From: Streptomyces phage Muntaha
Sequence record: MT024872.1
Reading direction: 5' to 3' (one strand)
DNA: 24,000 nucleotides
The notes under the pieces were generated by a model. It ran no database searches. It was not told the DNA's origin and saw only the letters and a program-made list of their open reading frames with translations. How positions within the stretch are numbered: position 1 is the stretch's first letter; each line of letters starts with the position of its first letter. Of this stretch, positions 1 through 6,097 are shown piece after piece. The position numbers and the translations under genes were made by a program.

Positions 1-2
1 TT

Positions 3-176
3 ACGGTGATGCAGTTCTGCGGGGTTTCTGTAGACGAAGAAAATCTCTGTGACCAAGAAGCCGTAGGAGAAATCCTGGCTGAGCTGGAGGACGGGGTAAC
101 CGTTCCCGTTCCTATCTGTGAGGGCCACCTGCATGCCGTGCAAGCCCAGTACAGCGTAGAAGAACTGAATACGTGA
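3..176 (+). CDS. 3' end of a hypothetical protein (possibly starting at ATG 9), ending at TGA 174-176
   Basis: Open frame ...MQFCGVSVDEENLCDQEAVGEILAELEDGVTVPVPICEGHLHAVQAQYSVEELNT*; start uncertain because of the window edge. Confidence 0.5.
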   Translation, partial: TVMQFCGVSVDEENLCDQEAVGEILAELEDGVTVPVPICEGHLHAVQAQYSVEELNT

Positions 177-182
177 GATTAT

Positions 183-212
183 TTGACAACACCATGGAAC
201 TCTTGCTATGAT
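183..212 (+). promoter_or_regulatory. sigma70-type promoter TTGACA-N18-TATGAT upstream of tRNA-Ala
   Basis: TTGACA 183-188, TATGAT 207-212, 18-nt spacer, tRNA starts at 227. Confidence 0.75.
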
Positions 213-226
213 AGAGGAGTTCCGTT

Positions 227-299
227 GGGGGCTTAGCTCATTTGGTAGAGCGCTTGCCTTGCAAGCAAGAGGTGGCGGGTTCGATTCCCGCAGTCTCCA
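227..299 (+). tRNA. tRNA-Ala(TGC)
   Basis: GGGGGCT/AGTCTCC acceptor, anticodon arm CTTGC-CTTGCAA-GCAAG, T-loop TTCGATT. Confidence 0.95.
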
Positions 300-316
300 C
301 TTTAGGAGGTGATACT

Positions 317-385
317 ATGTACGGCACAGTCTGGACAGTAGTCGGCATCCTTCTAATCGTCCTTCTCCTAATCATGATTTTCTAA
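317..385 (+). CDS. 22-aa single-TM peptide MYGTVWTVVGILLIVLLLIMIF
   Basis: SD TAGGAGGTG upstream of ATG; hydrophobic. Confidence 0.55.
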   Translation: MYGTVWTVVGILLIVLLLIMIF

Positions 386-395
386 GGAGGTAGAG

Positions 396-488
396 ATGAT
401 TCGAGCAAATGAAATTGTATGGACAATTACAGGAGTTCTTTTCAGCATCGCCCTAGTTGTATGGCTAGCTGAAAATGTAAATCTGTAA
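396..488 (+). CDS. 30-aa single-TM peptide MIRANEIVWTITGVLFSIALVVWLAENVNL
   Basis: SD AAGGAGG upstream; tightly spaced after the previous ORF. Confidence 0.55.
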   Translation: MIRANEIVWTITGVLFSIALVVWLAENVNL

Positions 489-490
489 GC

Positions 491-520
491 TTGACAGCCT
501 GTCCTTCGGCTGTATATAAT
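491..520 (+). promoter_or_regulatory. promoter TTGACA-N18-TATAAT for the tRNA-Lys/Met/Met operon
   Basis: Consensus -35 and -10; spacer carries inverted repeat ACAGCC/GGCTGT. Confidence 0.85.
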
Positions 521-533
521 AGAAGGACAACAT

Positions 534-606
534 GCGCCGGTAGCTCAGTTGGTAGAGCAAGGGACTCTTAATCCCTGGGTCCTCGGTTCAAGTCCGAGTC
601 GGCGTA
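534..606 (+). tRNA. tRNA-Lys(CTT)
   Basis: Anticodon arm AGGGA-CTCTTAA-TCCCT; T-loop TTCAAGT. Confidence 0.93.
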
Positions 607-630
607 CTTCGGAAGCAAATTGCTTCCTAT

Positions 631-703
631 GGCGGCATAGTTCAGTTGGTAGAACGCTCCCCTCATAAGGGAGAAGTCATTGGTTCGAGTCCAATTGCCG
701 CTA
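631..703 (+). tRNA. tRNA-Met(CAT), elongator-like (Ile2 identity not excluded)
   Basis: GGCGGCA/TGCCGCT acceptor; anticodon arm CTCCC-CTCATAA-GGGAG. Confidence 0.9.
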
Positions 704-706
704 CTT

Positions 707-781
707 CGCGGGGTGGAGCAGTTCGGTCAGCTCGCCAGCCTCATAAGCTGGAGGTCATCGGTTCAAATCCGGTTCCCGCTA
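707..781 (+). tRNA. initiator-like tRNA-Met(CAT)
   Basis: C1/T72 unpaired, GGAGCAG D-arm start, anticodon arm CCAGC-CTCATAA-GCTGG; followed by encoded CCA 782-784. Confidence 0.88.
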
Positions 782-851
782 CCACGTAAAACCGAAAGGA
801 AGATATGGGTTACGGTTAAATTACCTCTTTCGTCTAGAAGGAGGTGATAAA

Positions 852-968
852 ATGCCAGGACCAATGTCCCGCCCGGATGGGCACCGCGAGACGCACGAGG
901 AACGTGTGGAGCGTGGACGCAAGATTATGAACGGTCAGACCCCGAAGACGGGGAAGACCACCCGGTGA
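852..968 (+). CDS. 38-aa hypothetical protein MPGPMSRPDGHRETHEERVERGRKIMNGQTPKTGKTTR
   Basis: SD GGAGGTGAT immediately upstream; ends just before tRNA-Phe. Confidence 0.6.
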   Translation: MPGPMSRPDGHRETHEERVERGRKIMNGQTPKTGKTTR

Positions 969-983
969 CGCAAGTCACCACCT

Positions 984-1059
984 GGGGCCGTAGCTCAGTC
1001 TGGTCAGAGCGCTCGGTTGAAACCCGAGAGGTTCGTTGGTTCGATTCCAACCGGTCCCA
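984..1059 (+). tRNA. tRNA-Phe(GAA)
   Basis: GGGGCCG/CGGTCCC acceptor; anticodon arm CTCGG-TTGAAAC-CCGAG. Confidence 0.93.
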
Positions 1060-1138
1060 CGTTGACACGACCCCGCACGGTTACGCATCGGCGGGGTTTC
1101 GTGCTATCCTGGGTCGAAACGACCCAAGGAGGCAGGAG

Positions 1139-1426
1139 ATGCCCAAGGTCCAGGATGCAATGTCGATGCACGAGAAAACTGTGCAGAAACTTGCTGTGGA
1201 CGAGCTGGAAATTCCTCGTGCGCGTCGGAGGAAGCGGGAGCGCGAGCATCCCGTGGATGTCGCGGTCAAGAGCAAGAGAAAGAGCGTGAAGGCAGCGGAT
1301 AAGCTGTTCAGAAATGTACGCGACGATGTGTACGAAAAAGCTATGGAGCTAGCTGACCAAAATTGGCGGCGGTTGGTCGTAGTGGATAATGAGACCCTAA
1401 TAGTCTCCAACAAGGAGGTACATTGA
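1139..1426 (+). CDS. 95-aa hypothetical basic protein (MPKVQDAMSMHEKTV...)
   Basis: Internal ATG of the 965-1426 ORF, preceded by SD AAGGAGGCAGGAG; avoids overlap with tRNA-Phe. Confidence 0.7.
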   Translation: MPKVQDAMSMHEKTVQKLAVDELEIPRARRRKREREHPVDVAVKSKRKSVKAADKLFRNVRDDVYEKAMELADQNWRRLVVVDNETLIVSNKEVH

Positions 1427-1593
1427 CTCAGGAATACCATGACGAGTACAATCAATACAGCCCAGTCGAGCGAGCGGTAGCCGAGGAGCTGGGCATTGAT
1501 GTGGCGTACGTGAAGCTAGTCCTTGATACCTTTGAGGACCAATATAACCGTATTGAAGATGAGCGGGCAGCCAGCAAAAGGAGTGGGCTGTAA
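1423..1593 (+). CDS. 56-aa hypothetical protein, TTG start (MTQEYHDEYNQYSPVERAVAEELGIDVAYVKLVLDTFEDQ...)
   Basis: SD CAAGGAGG; overlaps the previous stop and the next start (TAATG). Confidence 0.65.
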   Translation: MTQEYHDEYNQYSPVERAVAEELGIDVAYVKLVLDTFEDQYNRIEDERAASKRSGL

Positions 1594-1778
1594 TGGCGAT
1601 AGCGGAACCTCCCATCGAGAGTCCCACGGAGACCGACAAGCGTGCTGCGGCTGAGCTTGGAATTACTCCGGAAGAGATGGTTCGTATCCTTGACGTGTGG
1701 TCCAAGCACGCCAGGGAGGTTGTCCTGGAGCGCAGACAGGCGCGGGTTGCGAACGACGCTCGAATTGTGGTAGAATAA
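1593..1778 (+). CDS. 61-aa hypothetical protein, similar in pattern to the preceding ORF
   Basis: ORF track; TAATG coupling. Confidence 0.7.
   Translation: MAIAEPPIESPTETDKRAAAELGITPEEMVRILDVWSKHAREVVLERRQARVANDARIVVE
1747..1776 (+). promoter_or_regulatory. candidate promoter TTGCGA-N18-TAGAAT for tRNA-Tyr
   Basis: Spacing matches the other promoters in the window. Confidence 0.4.
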
Positions 1779-1802
1779 TTGAACAGCGCCCGAAAGGGCA
1801 AT

Positions 1803-1885
1803 GGGTGTATATGCAAGCGGCTCAAAGCATCTGGTCTGTAAAACCAGCGTCTCTGACTTCGTAGGTTCGAATCCTACTGCACCCA
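1803..1885 (+). tRNA. tRNA-Tyr(GTA), long variable arm
   Basis: GGGTGTA/TGCACCC acceptor; anticodon arm CTGGT-CTGTAAA-ACCAG; T-loop TTCGAAT. Confidence 0.92.
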
Positions 1886-1908
1886 CGCAGGAGGGAGGGA
1901 AACAGATA

Positions 1909-2007
1909 ATGTCAACTCCAGGTCCAAAGTATTGCTCACGATGCGGAACCCCAAATCCGCCAGAGGCTACGTATTGCTCTAGCTGTCGTGGCATGCTCAA
2001 TCCATGA
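1909..2007 (+). CDS. 32-aa zinc-ribbon micro-protein MSTPGPKYCSRCGTPNPPEATYCSSCRGMLNP
   Basis: Two CxxC knuckles; SD GGAGGGAGG upstream. Confidence 0.7.
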   Translation: MSTPGPKYCSRCGTPNPPEATYCSSCRGMLNP

Positions 2008-2026
2008 AATTCGGCCTTCGGGCCAT

Positions 2027-2099
2027 GCTCCCTTAGCTCAGTTGGTAGAGCAGGAGACTTTTAATCTTCGGGTCGTCCGTTCGAGTCGGACAGGGAGCA
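2027..2099 (+). tRNA. tRNA-Lys(TTT)
   Basis: GCTCCCT/AGGGAGC acceptor; loop CTTTTAA. Confidence 0.92.
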
Positions 2100-2101
2100 C
2101 T

Positions 2102-2174
2102 GTGACGTAAGCCGAGCGGCTAAGGCACTTGGTTGTGGCCCAAGGTTTGGCGGGTTCGACTCCCGTACGTCACC
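2102..2174 (+). tRNA. tRNA-His(GTG)
   Basis: GTGACGT/ACGTCAC acceptor; anticodon arm CTTGG-TTGTGGC-CCAAG; discriminator C. Confidence 0.88.
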
Positions 2175-2176
2175 CC

Positions 2177-2247
2177 GGTCCTATGTGCGAGAGGCTAGCA
2201 ACTAGTCTGCAAAACTAGGCACGTCGGTTCGAGTCCGACTGGGACCT
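2177..2247 (+). tRNA. tRNA-Cys(GCA)
   Basis: GGTCCTA/TGGGACC acceptor; anticodon arm CTAGT-CTGCAAA-ACTAG; discriminator T. Confidence 0.92.
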
Positions 2248-2520
2248 CTATACATTTCCCACTTGGATGTAGAAGGTTAGTAAGTGGTGTTGAGCCCACC
2301 TGTGAATGTGGAACGGGACAGCCCTAGCAGGCTGTATTGACTTCCCTAAGTGATATTCTGGAGCCCGTAAAGGAATATCAACCAGATGACTCGATGTGCT
2401 AGCATCGCTGGTGGTGCGGTGAAGAGATTTGTCACCTCCAACCGCTTTATAATCACCCGAGACTGGTCCACTCCCATAACGGACTCGTGGTTCCCCCAAG
2501 CACACGTTAAACTGGGGCAT

Positions 2521-2593
2521 GCCTTCTTAGCTCAGGGGACAGAGCAGCGGTCTTCGGAACCGCGTGACGGGAGTTCGAATCTCTCAGGAGGCA
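2521..2593 (+). tRNA. tRNA-Arg(TCG)
   Basis: GCCTTCT/AGGAGGC acceptor; anticodon arm GCGGT-CTTCGGA-ACCGC. Confidence 0.92.
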
Positions 2594-2594
2594 C

Positions 2595-2741
2595 GTTAGC
2601 GAGCATCGGCCGGGTATGTCAGCGAATCCCGTGGGTAGCATAAACGAATAGCGATTCGGACCAAGATGCAATGTGAACGGTAGAGCTTTGCTACGGCTCC
2701 CACAGTAACTAGTAAGGGATAGGCTCCTAAATAGCGCTAAC
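2595..2741 (+). ncRNA. putative structured RNA closed by a perfect 7-bp helix (GTTAGCG/CGCTAAC)
   Basis: Nested helices GCATCGG/CC-AA-GATGC, CGGG/CCCG, CGAAT-AGCG-ATTCG, GTAG/CTAC; no coding ORF on the + strand. Confidence 0.4.
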
Positions 2742-2768
2742 ACCAAGCTTCCGATTTAAGGAGTTATC

Positions 2769-2945
2769 ATGGGCCTCAAGAAGTGGCTTACGGGCGAAGA
2801 AGTTCAGTCCAACGATAACAAGTTCAAGGGTGCGGTCGTAGAGGTCTCCAAAGATGGCAAGCAAGTTGATGTCGAAGTTGACGGCATGAAGATGCGCTTT
2901 GGCCACAAGGAGCTTAAGCGTCAGCCTCCGGAGGAGCACCGATGA
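2769..2945 (+). CDS. 58-aa hypothetical protein MGLKKWLTGEEVQSNDNKFKGAVVEVSKDGKQVDVEVDGMKMRFGHKELKRQPPEEHR
   Basis: SD AAGGAG upstream; ATGA overlap with the next ORF. Confidence 0.7.
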   Translation: MGLKKWLTGEEVQSNDNKFKGAVVEVSKDGKQVDVEVDGMKMRFGHKELKRQPPEEHR

Positions 2946-3382
2946 TTAACGTGGTCTGGGGCGAATACTGCTACCAGTCTGAGCCTGGTGAGGACACGGA
3001 CGAGCCGTACTCCTGGCGAGGCACCGAGACGACCGAAATTAGCGACATAGAGGCTGTTTATTCTGAGGGCGAGGGAAATCCTCACCGAGGAATGATTCGG
3101 CCGGGTGCTTTTTCGTGCGGAGCTAAGCCTGGTGATACCGTGTACGCGGTCATCGTCAGGTACTCCACAGGAGACACCTTCGGTCGTGAAGAGGGATTGG
3201 CCATCTGCGTGGACGTATTTACTGACGAGTACCGAGCTTACGGCTTGGTCAAGGCAATCAGAGAAAACGGAAGCGATGGCGATTACCGGCTGACCTACGA
3301 GGAGCGAGAGTATTACTGCTCTTGGGTAGGATATTTCGAGCATCTTGAGGATATCGTCGTAGAGAAACTTGTGGTACGATAG
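2942..3382 (+). CDS. 146-aa hypothetical protein
   Basis: ORF track; translationally coupled to upstream ORF. Confidence 0.8.
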   Translation: MINVVWGEYCYQSEPGEDTDEPYSWRGTETTEISDIEAVYSEGEGNPHRGMIRPGAFSCGAKPGDTVYAVIVRYSTGDTFGREEGLAICVDVFTDEYRAYGLVKAIRENGSDGDYRLTYEEREYYCSWVGYFEHLEDIVVEKLVVR

Positions 3383-3396
3383 ATTTACGGCAACGG

Positions 3397-3425
3397 TTGC
3401 TTGCCAGAATAGAAACCCGTATAAT
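3397..3425 (+). promoter_or_regulatory. candidate promoter TTGCTT-N17-TATAAT upstream of tRNA-Arg/tmRNA
   Basis: TATAAT 3420-3425 with TTGCTT 3397-3402. Confidence 0.5.
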
Positions 3426-3593
3426 CCTGGTATACGCGCCTACGCGGCGGGTTTCGAATTCAAAGGGGTCACGCCCAGCAACCAAGCTATCCTTGCGAGG
3501 ATGTGGACCGCTTGTACGGGAGAATTGGCCAGCTCTGACAGGCTTGCGGGTGGAGAGGGACGGCATGAAGGACCGTCGTGTAGCAAGGAATTC

Positions 3594-3666
3594 GCTTTCA
3601 TAGCTCAATGGATAGAGCGCTCGCCTCCTAAGCGAGAGGTTGACAGTTCGAGTCTGTCTGGAAGCA
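3594..3666 (+). tRNA. tRNA-Arg(CCT)
   Basis: GCTTTCA/TGGAAGC acceptor; anticodon arm CTCGC-CTCCTAA-GCGAG. Confidence 0.92.
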
Positions 3667-3667
3667 C

Positions 3668-3946
3668 GGGGCTGTCTCTGGTTTCGACGGCGCTGAATAA
3701 TATACGGATGCAACTCTTCTCGGTCAAAGAAGTAAAAAGGGCCAAAACAATAAATGCAAACTCTCGTAACGCATTCGCTCTAGCTGCGTAAGCAGTAGGG
3801 CCGGGTTAGTCGGAGACCTAGGAACAGAATGTCCGACCCAAAATTGCAACACTTAGCACGACACGCTGTACCAAATGATTGACATGGTTGTGCACCATCT
3901 GTATATTTGAAAGTGGCGGACAGGGGTTCGACTCCCCTCAGCTCCA
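3668..3946 (+). ncRNA. ssrA: tmRNA; tag ANSRNAFALAA encoded at 3756-3788, stop TAA 3789-3791
   Basis: 5' GGGGCTGTCTCTGGTTTCGACGG, 3' AGGGGTTCGACTCCCCTCAGCTCCA, GGGGCTG/CAGCTCC acceptor pairing, tag ending ALAA*. Confidence 0.96.
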
Positions 3947-3961
3947 CTCAAAGAAGGAAGC

Positions 3962-4129
3962 ATGAAGGCTAAGAATCAGTACATCTATAGTGACGATGAG
4001 GCTTATTTGTCTCGTCTTGAGGAAGAGTACGCTTTGCTAGGCAGGCGTACAAAGCGAGAGAGCGGCAGGCTTATTGTCTTTGCTCTCGCTCGCAAGGGCC
4101 GTAAGGCTCCTCCCCGTCGAAGGAAGTAG
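3962..4129 (+). CDS. 55-aa hypothetical basic protein MKAKNQYIYSDDEAYLSRLEEEYALLGRRTKRESGRLIVFALARKGRKAPPRRRK
   Basis: SD AAGAAGGAAG; complete frame to TAG. Confidence 0.6.
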   Translation: MKAKNQYIYSDDEAYLSRLEEEYALLGRRTKRESGRLIVFALARKGRKAPPRRRK

Positions 4130-4159
4130 TTGACAACCTTCCACGGGGGATGCTACAAT
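4130..4159 (+). promoter_or_regulatory. promoter TTGACA-N18-TACAAT
   Basis: Matches the window promoter family; precedes structured leader and tRNA-Asn. Confidence 0.75.
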
Positions 4160-4229
4160 AATTAAACAGCACACGGACAAGGCTTAGGCGGGTGAAATAA
4201 ACCGGTGGGATGCGAGTGGTGATGCTGTA

Positions 4230-4292
4230 GGATGTAGAAGTAGGGCATGGCCTGACTACGCTGGTGGAGAATCAGAGTCCAGAGCTACATCC
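4230..4292 (+). ncRNA. putative 63-nt three-way-junction RNA (tRNA-like remnant?) just 5' of tRNA-Asn
   Basis: GGATGTA/TACATCC closing helix; inner GTAG/CTAC and CTGG/CCAG hairpins; lacks a T-loop motif. Confidence 0.35.
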
Positions 4293-4298
4293 GTTCTT

Positions 4299-4372
4299 TC
4301 CCCGATAGCTCAATTGGCAGTAGCAATCGGCTGTTAACCGATAGGTTGTAGGTTCGAGTCCTACTCGGGGAG
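4299..4372 (+). tRNA. tRNA-Asn(GTT)
   Basis: TCCCCGA/TCGGGGA acceptor; anticodon arm ATCGG-CTGTTAA-CCGAT. Confidence 0.92.
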
Positions 4373-4373
4373 C

Positions 4374-4403
4374 TTGACAAACTGCTAGTAAGTTTGTTAA
4401 CAT
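4374..4403 (+). promoter_or_regulatory. promoter TTGACA-N18-TAACAT (extended TGT) for tRNA-Leu/Val
   Basis: Inverted repeat ACAAAC/GTTTGT spans the spacer. Confidence 0.8.
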
Positions 4404-4418
4404 AGAAGTACAAAGCAA

Positions 4419-4499
4419 GCCGGTGTGGTGGAATTAGGCAGACACGCTAGTCTTAGGAACTAGTTCTTCGGAGTGCAGGTTCGAGTCCTGTCACCGGTA
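4419..4499 (+). tRNA. tRNA-Leu(TAG)
   Basis: GCCGGTG/CACCGGT acceptor; loop CTTAGGA; class II variable arm. Confidence 0.92.
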
Positions 4500-4550
4500 C
4501 GGGAATAATTGCGCGCCTATACGCGGAGTATAGGAAGGCGGGTTATTCAT

Positions 4551-4622
4551 GCGGGGTTAGCTCAGTGGGAGAGCAATTGCCTTACAAGCAATAGGTCGTG
4601 GGTTCAAATCCCTCACCCCGTA
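4551..4622 (+). tRNA. tRNA-Val(TAC)
   Basis: GCGGGGT/ACCCCGT acceptor; anticodon arm ATTGC-CTTACAA-GCAAT; one T-stem mismatch. Confidence 0.92.
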
Positions 4623-4625
4623 CGC

Positions 4626-4665
4626 AAGCCCCTGTATTCATCTCACGACAATACAGGGGCTTTTT
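4626..4665 (+). terminator. intrinsic terminator
   Basis: AAGCCCCTGTATT ... AATACAGGGGCTT + TTT. Confidence 0.9.
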
Positions 4666-4668
4666 AAT

Positions 4669-4751
4669 GGGCTAGTGGCGGAATGGCATACGCGCGAGTC
4701 TCAAAAACTCGTTCCCGAAAGGGATTGTGGGTTCGAGTCCCACCTGGCCTA
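4669..4751 (+). tRNA. tRNA-Leu(CAA)
   Basis: GGGCTAG/CTGGCCT acceptor; anticodon arm CGAGT-CTCAAAA-ACTCG. Confidence 0.92.
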
Positions 4752-4784
4752 CGTAAGCAATATAATCTCCGAAAGAAAGAGCAA

Positions 4785-4979
4785 ATGGTGAAGTTCGTCA
4801 AGGTTGAGGATGAAGTTGTCTCGGTCGAGATTTCGCTTTCTGATGTTGGTGCTATCGGCTCTGGTCTTGCTCGTGGCCCTCAAACTGACCGTGAGGAGTC
4901 TCTGGCCCGAATTTTTCGAAGTGCTCATGAGCGTCTGACTGCTTCTGAGGACGAGGTTGCCGAGGACGCTACCGTCTGA
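4785..4979 (+). CDS. 64-aa hypothetical acidic protein
   Basis: ATG in the 4683-4979 frame, placed after the tRNA-Leu gene. Confidence 0.65.
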   Translation: MVKFVKVEDEVVSVEISLSDVGAIGSGLARGPQTDREESLARIFRSAHERLTASEDEVAEDATV

Positions 4980-5036
4980 TTCTGAGCCCCGCTGGAAACT
5001 GCGGGGTTCAAGCTATAATAGAATAAAGGTGATAGC

Positions 5037-5252
5037 ATGACTAAGAAGTACATCGAGCCCGGTAAGCGGCTCATGGACCTTGCTTACGTTCGTGATGGTA
5101 AGCTGGTTCACACGGGTGAGGCTCTAGTCCTTGCTCTGCTAATAGCAACACGGGGTAAGACCAAGCGTGGCAATGACGAGGTTAAGCACCTTGCCAAGAT
5201 GCTTGATGACCCCAATCAGGAAAAGCCAAAGAGGAAGCCCCGCAGGAAGTAA
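5037..5252 (+). CDS. 71-aa hypothetical protein with basic C-terminus
   Basis: ORF track; SD AAAGGTGAT. Confidence 0.75.
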   Translation: MTKKYIEPGKRLMDLAYVRDGKLVHTGEALVLALLIATRGKTKRGNDEVKHLAKMLDDPNQEKPKRKPRRK

Positions 5253-5285
5253 CCCTGTCGGGGCTTTCCCCGTTTAGGAGGAAAT

Positions 5286-5828
5286 ATGGGATGGTGTTCT
5301 GGAACCGAGTTTTTTGATGACGGCCTGAGCACATTTCTCAAGTACGTTCCCGAGGACAAGAAGTTCGAGGTCGTGCGAGAGTGGTACGACAGCTTCCGAT
5401 TCTCTGACTGGGACTGCCAGGGTGAGTCCAATTACTACGAGGACTACATTCGACACTTCGAGGTCGAGGACGACGGAATTAACGACTACGACACGGTTCT
5501 CTACATTAACCGGTCAGACTCCCGGTGCAGTTGCGGGGTCGGTGCGTTTCCGTCCGAGAATGGTCACTACACGGCGGCGGGCTGGGATAACAAGGTTGAG
5601 CCTTGCGGTGAGATGTGGAGTGCCGTATCATCTGAATATGTCAACATGGCGGAGACGATGACGAGGAACACCTACGGGTATGACAACCTCATCGGACTGC
5701 CAGTTGTTCACTATGACGGACGATACCTTGGGATGTACGGTGGCAAGACAAGAGAGAATGCGGCAGTGCCAGAAGTGCGGGATGAGGAAGATATCACCGT
5801 ACATGAAGCCGATGAAGACTTGCGGTGA
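5286..5828 (+). CDS. 180-aa hypothetical protein
   Basis: ORF track; SD AGGAGGAAAT; upstream hairpin CGGGG/CCCCG. Confidence 0.85.
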   Translation: MGWCSGTEFFDDGLSTFLKYVPEDKKFEVVREWYDSFRFSDWDCQGESNYYEDYIRHFEVEDDGINDYDTVLYINRSDSRCSCGVGAFPSENGHYTAAGWDNKVEPCGEMWSAVSSEYVNMAETMTRNTYGYDNLIGLPVVHYDGRYLGMYGGKTRENAAVPEVRDEEDITVHEADEDLR

Positions 5829-5863
5829 CTGTCTCGCAGAAGAGATAATTGAGGAGATTCGCA

Positions 5864-6097
5864 GTGGCAGGTCTGCCTAAGAAGTTGTACTATGTTCTCA
5901 TCAAGCCGGGCGGTAAGCCGCTTGGGTACCGTCAGAAGGGCGGCGGTACTTATACCGATGAGAGATATGCCAAGGGTCAGTATGAACACCTCAAGGCATA
6001 CGGTTCCAATGTTGAGTGGTATGAAGGTACTATCGACTGGGAGCTGAAAGAGTCGTCCAGGGAAAATCCGATGGAAGGACAGCCAGGTCTGTGGTAA
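5864..6097 (+). CDS. 77-aa hypothetical protein, GTG start
   Basis: ORF track frame; SD GAGGAG. Confidence 0.75.
   Translation: MAGLPKKLYYVLIKPGGKPLGYRQKGGGTYTDERYAKGQYEHLKAYGSNVEWYEGTIDWELKESSRENPMEGQPGLW

Noticed and set aside
1062-1110. TTGACA at 1062 as a promoter for the 1139 ORF
   Set aside because: The nearest -10-like hexamer (TATCCT at 1105) is too far; the intervening CCCCGC/GCGGGG hairpin looks more like a terminator remnant.
965-1138. N-terminal 58 codons of the 965-1426 ORF and overlapping 1017-1289 ORF
   Set aside because: They overlap the tRNA-Phe gene; an internal ATG at 1139 has a strong SD.
1801-1908. Upstream part of the 1801-2007 ORF
   Set aside because: It is the tRNA-Tyr gene; the real start is ATG 1909.
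3369-3791. 140-aa ORF ending NANSRNAFALAA
   Set aside because: It runs through tRNA-Arg and into tmRNA; only the final ANSRNAFALAA codons are the tmRNA tag reading frame.
4761-4766. TATAAT downstream of tRNA-Leu(CAA)
   Set aside because: No acceptable -35 hexamer at 16-19 nt upstream.
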